Source of the DNA: an uncultured Chloroflexia bacterium
GTDB taxonomy: Bacteria > Chloroflexota > UBA6077 > JACCZL01
Length of the DNA stretch: 64,000 nucleotides
NCBI GenBank assembly: GCA_963765765.1
Contig: CAVXYC010000030.1
Coordinates: 224,001 to 288,000, forward strand
Direction: 5' to 3'
The translations under genes and the position numbers were made by a program. A model generated the notes under the pieces. It did no database searches. It was not told the origin of the DNA and was given only the letters and a program-made list of their open reading frames with translations. Within the stretch, counting starts at the first letter, position 1, and each line of letters starts with the position of its first letter. Below, in pieces: positions 63,386 through 64,000 of this stretch.

Positions 63386-64000
63386 ATGGATCAACCGACG
63401 AAGATTGAGTTTTATCTCAGCCCTAGCTGCCCCTGGGCGTGGCGGACTGCCCTATGGATTCGGCAAGTGGCTGAGCAAGTACCGCTGGAGATTGACTGGA
63501 AGCTCTTCAGTCTTGCAATCGTCAATCGCGGCCATGATTATTCGCCCGACAGCCACAGCTTCGGCTACCAGGCGGAGATTCTGCTCACCGCGGCGCGACA
63601 TTTCGGCGGGAACGATGCTGTCGAGTCACTGTACATGGCTCTGGGCGATGCGCTGCACGGTCGTCGCGAAGAGCGAAATGATACTCTCCTGACCAACGCC
63701 CTCACCGCCGCGAACCTCCCGGTCTCCCTGCTGGCCGAGTCACGTTCGGACAAGTCCTACGAAGAGGCGCTTGTAGCCAGCCACGAGAAGGCCGTCAACG
63801 AGCTCGGCGCGTTTGGTGTGCCGACGATCCGATTCCCTGATTCAGATATCGCGTTTTTCGGTCCGGTCGTTGATCCTGTCCCGACGGGCGCCGAGGCGTT
63901 GGAGCTCTGGGAGCACTTCAAGTGGAGTCTCACCAAGCCGTATCTCTACGAGACAAAGCGCAATCGCAACCATAAGGCTGGCCCGCTTGGCCTCAGTGAT
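63386..64000 (+). CDS. DsbA-family protein, Rv2466c (mycothiol-dependent reductase)-like; 3'-partial, absent from the ORF track
   Basis: GGAGG RBS; MDQPTKIEFYLSPSCPWAWRTALWI...FGVPTI...FFGPVVDPVPTGAEALELW...YETKR. Confidence 0.85.
   Translation, partial: MDQPTKIEFYLSPSCPWAWRTALWIRQVAEQVPLEIDWKLFSLAIVNRGHDYSPDSHSFGYQAEILLTAARHFGGNDAVESLYMALGDALHGRREERNDTLLTNALTAANLPVSLLAESRSDKSYEEALVASHEKAVNELGAFGVPTIRFPDSDIAFFGPVVDPVPTGAEALELWEHFKWSLTKPYLYETKRNRNHKAGPLGLSD

Overview
GC-rich bacterial chromosomal segment of about 60 mostly metabolic, transport and regulatory genes. It is probably Chloroflexota; this is an inference from the Ala/Pro-rich lipoprotein linkers, the many amidohydrolase, TctC and XDH-type genes, and the actinobacterial-type redox families. 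No rRNA, tRNA or CRISPR array was seen. About a dozen otherwise intact genes carry single-base frameshifts, most likely long-read indel errors. Four results stand out. (1) A complete IS110-family element (59428-60685) is inserted at a CT core inside a GTAG-type REP. Its left non-coding end folds into a two-loop bridge RNA whose four guides match the REP target and the element's own circle junction. (2) A selenoprotein candidate whose 5' part the ORF track misses (62219-63214) has an in-frame UGA in a W-U-P-F-C redoxin motif, a SECIS-like hairpin and a fused DsbD-N-like domain, and sits in a thiol-redox cluster. (3) A MacA-like adaptor has a roughly 440-aa alpha-hairpin with a Cys pair at its tip. 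(4) At least five palindromic repeat families occur, and one copy appears to be translated as the N-terminus of a HAD gene. All family calls come from motif recognition by eye; no database search was run.
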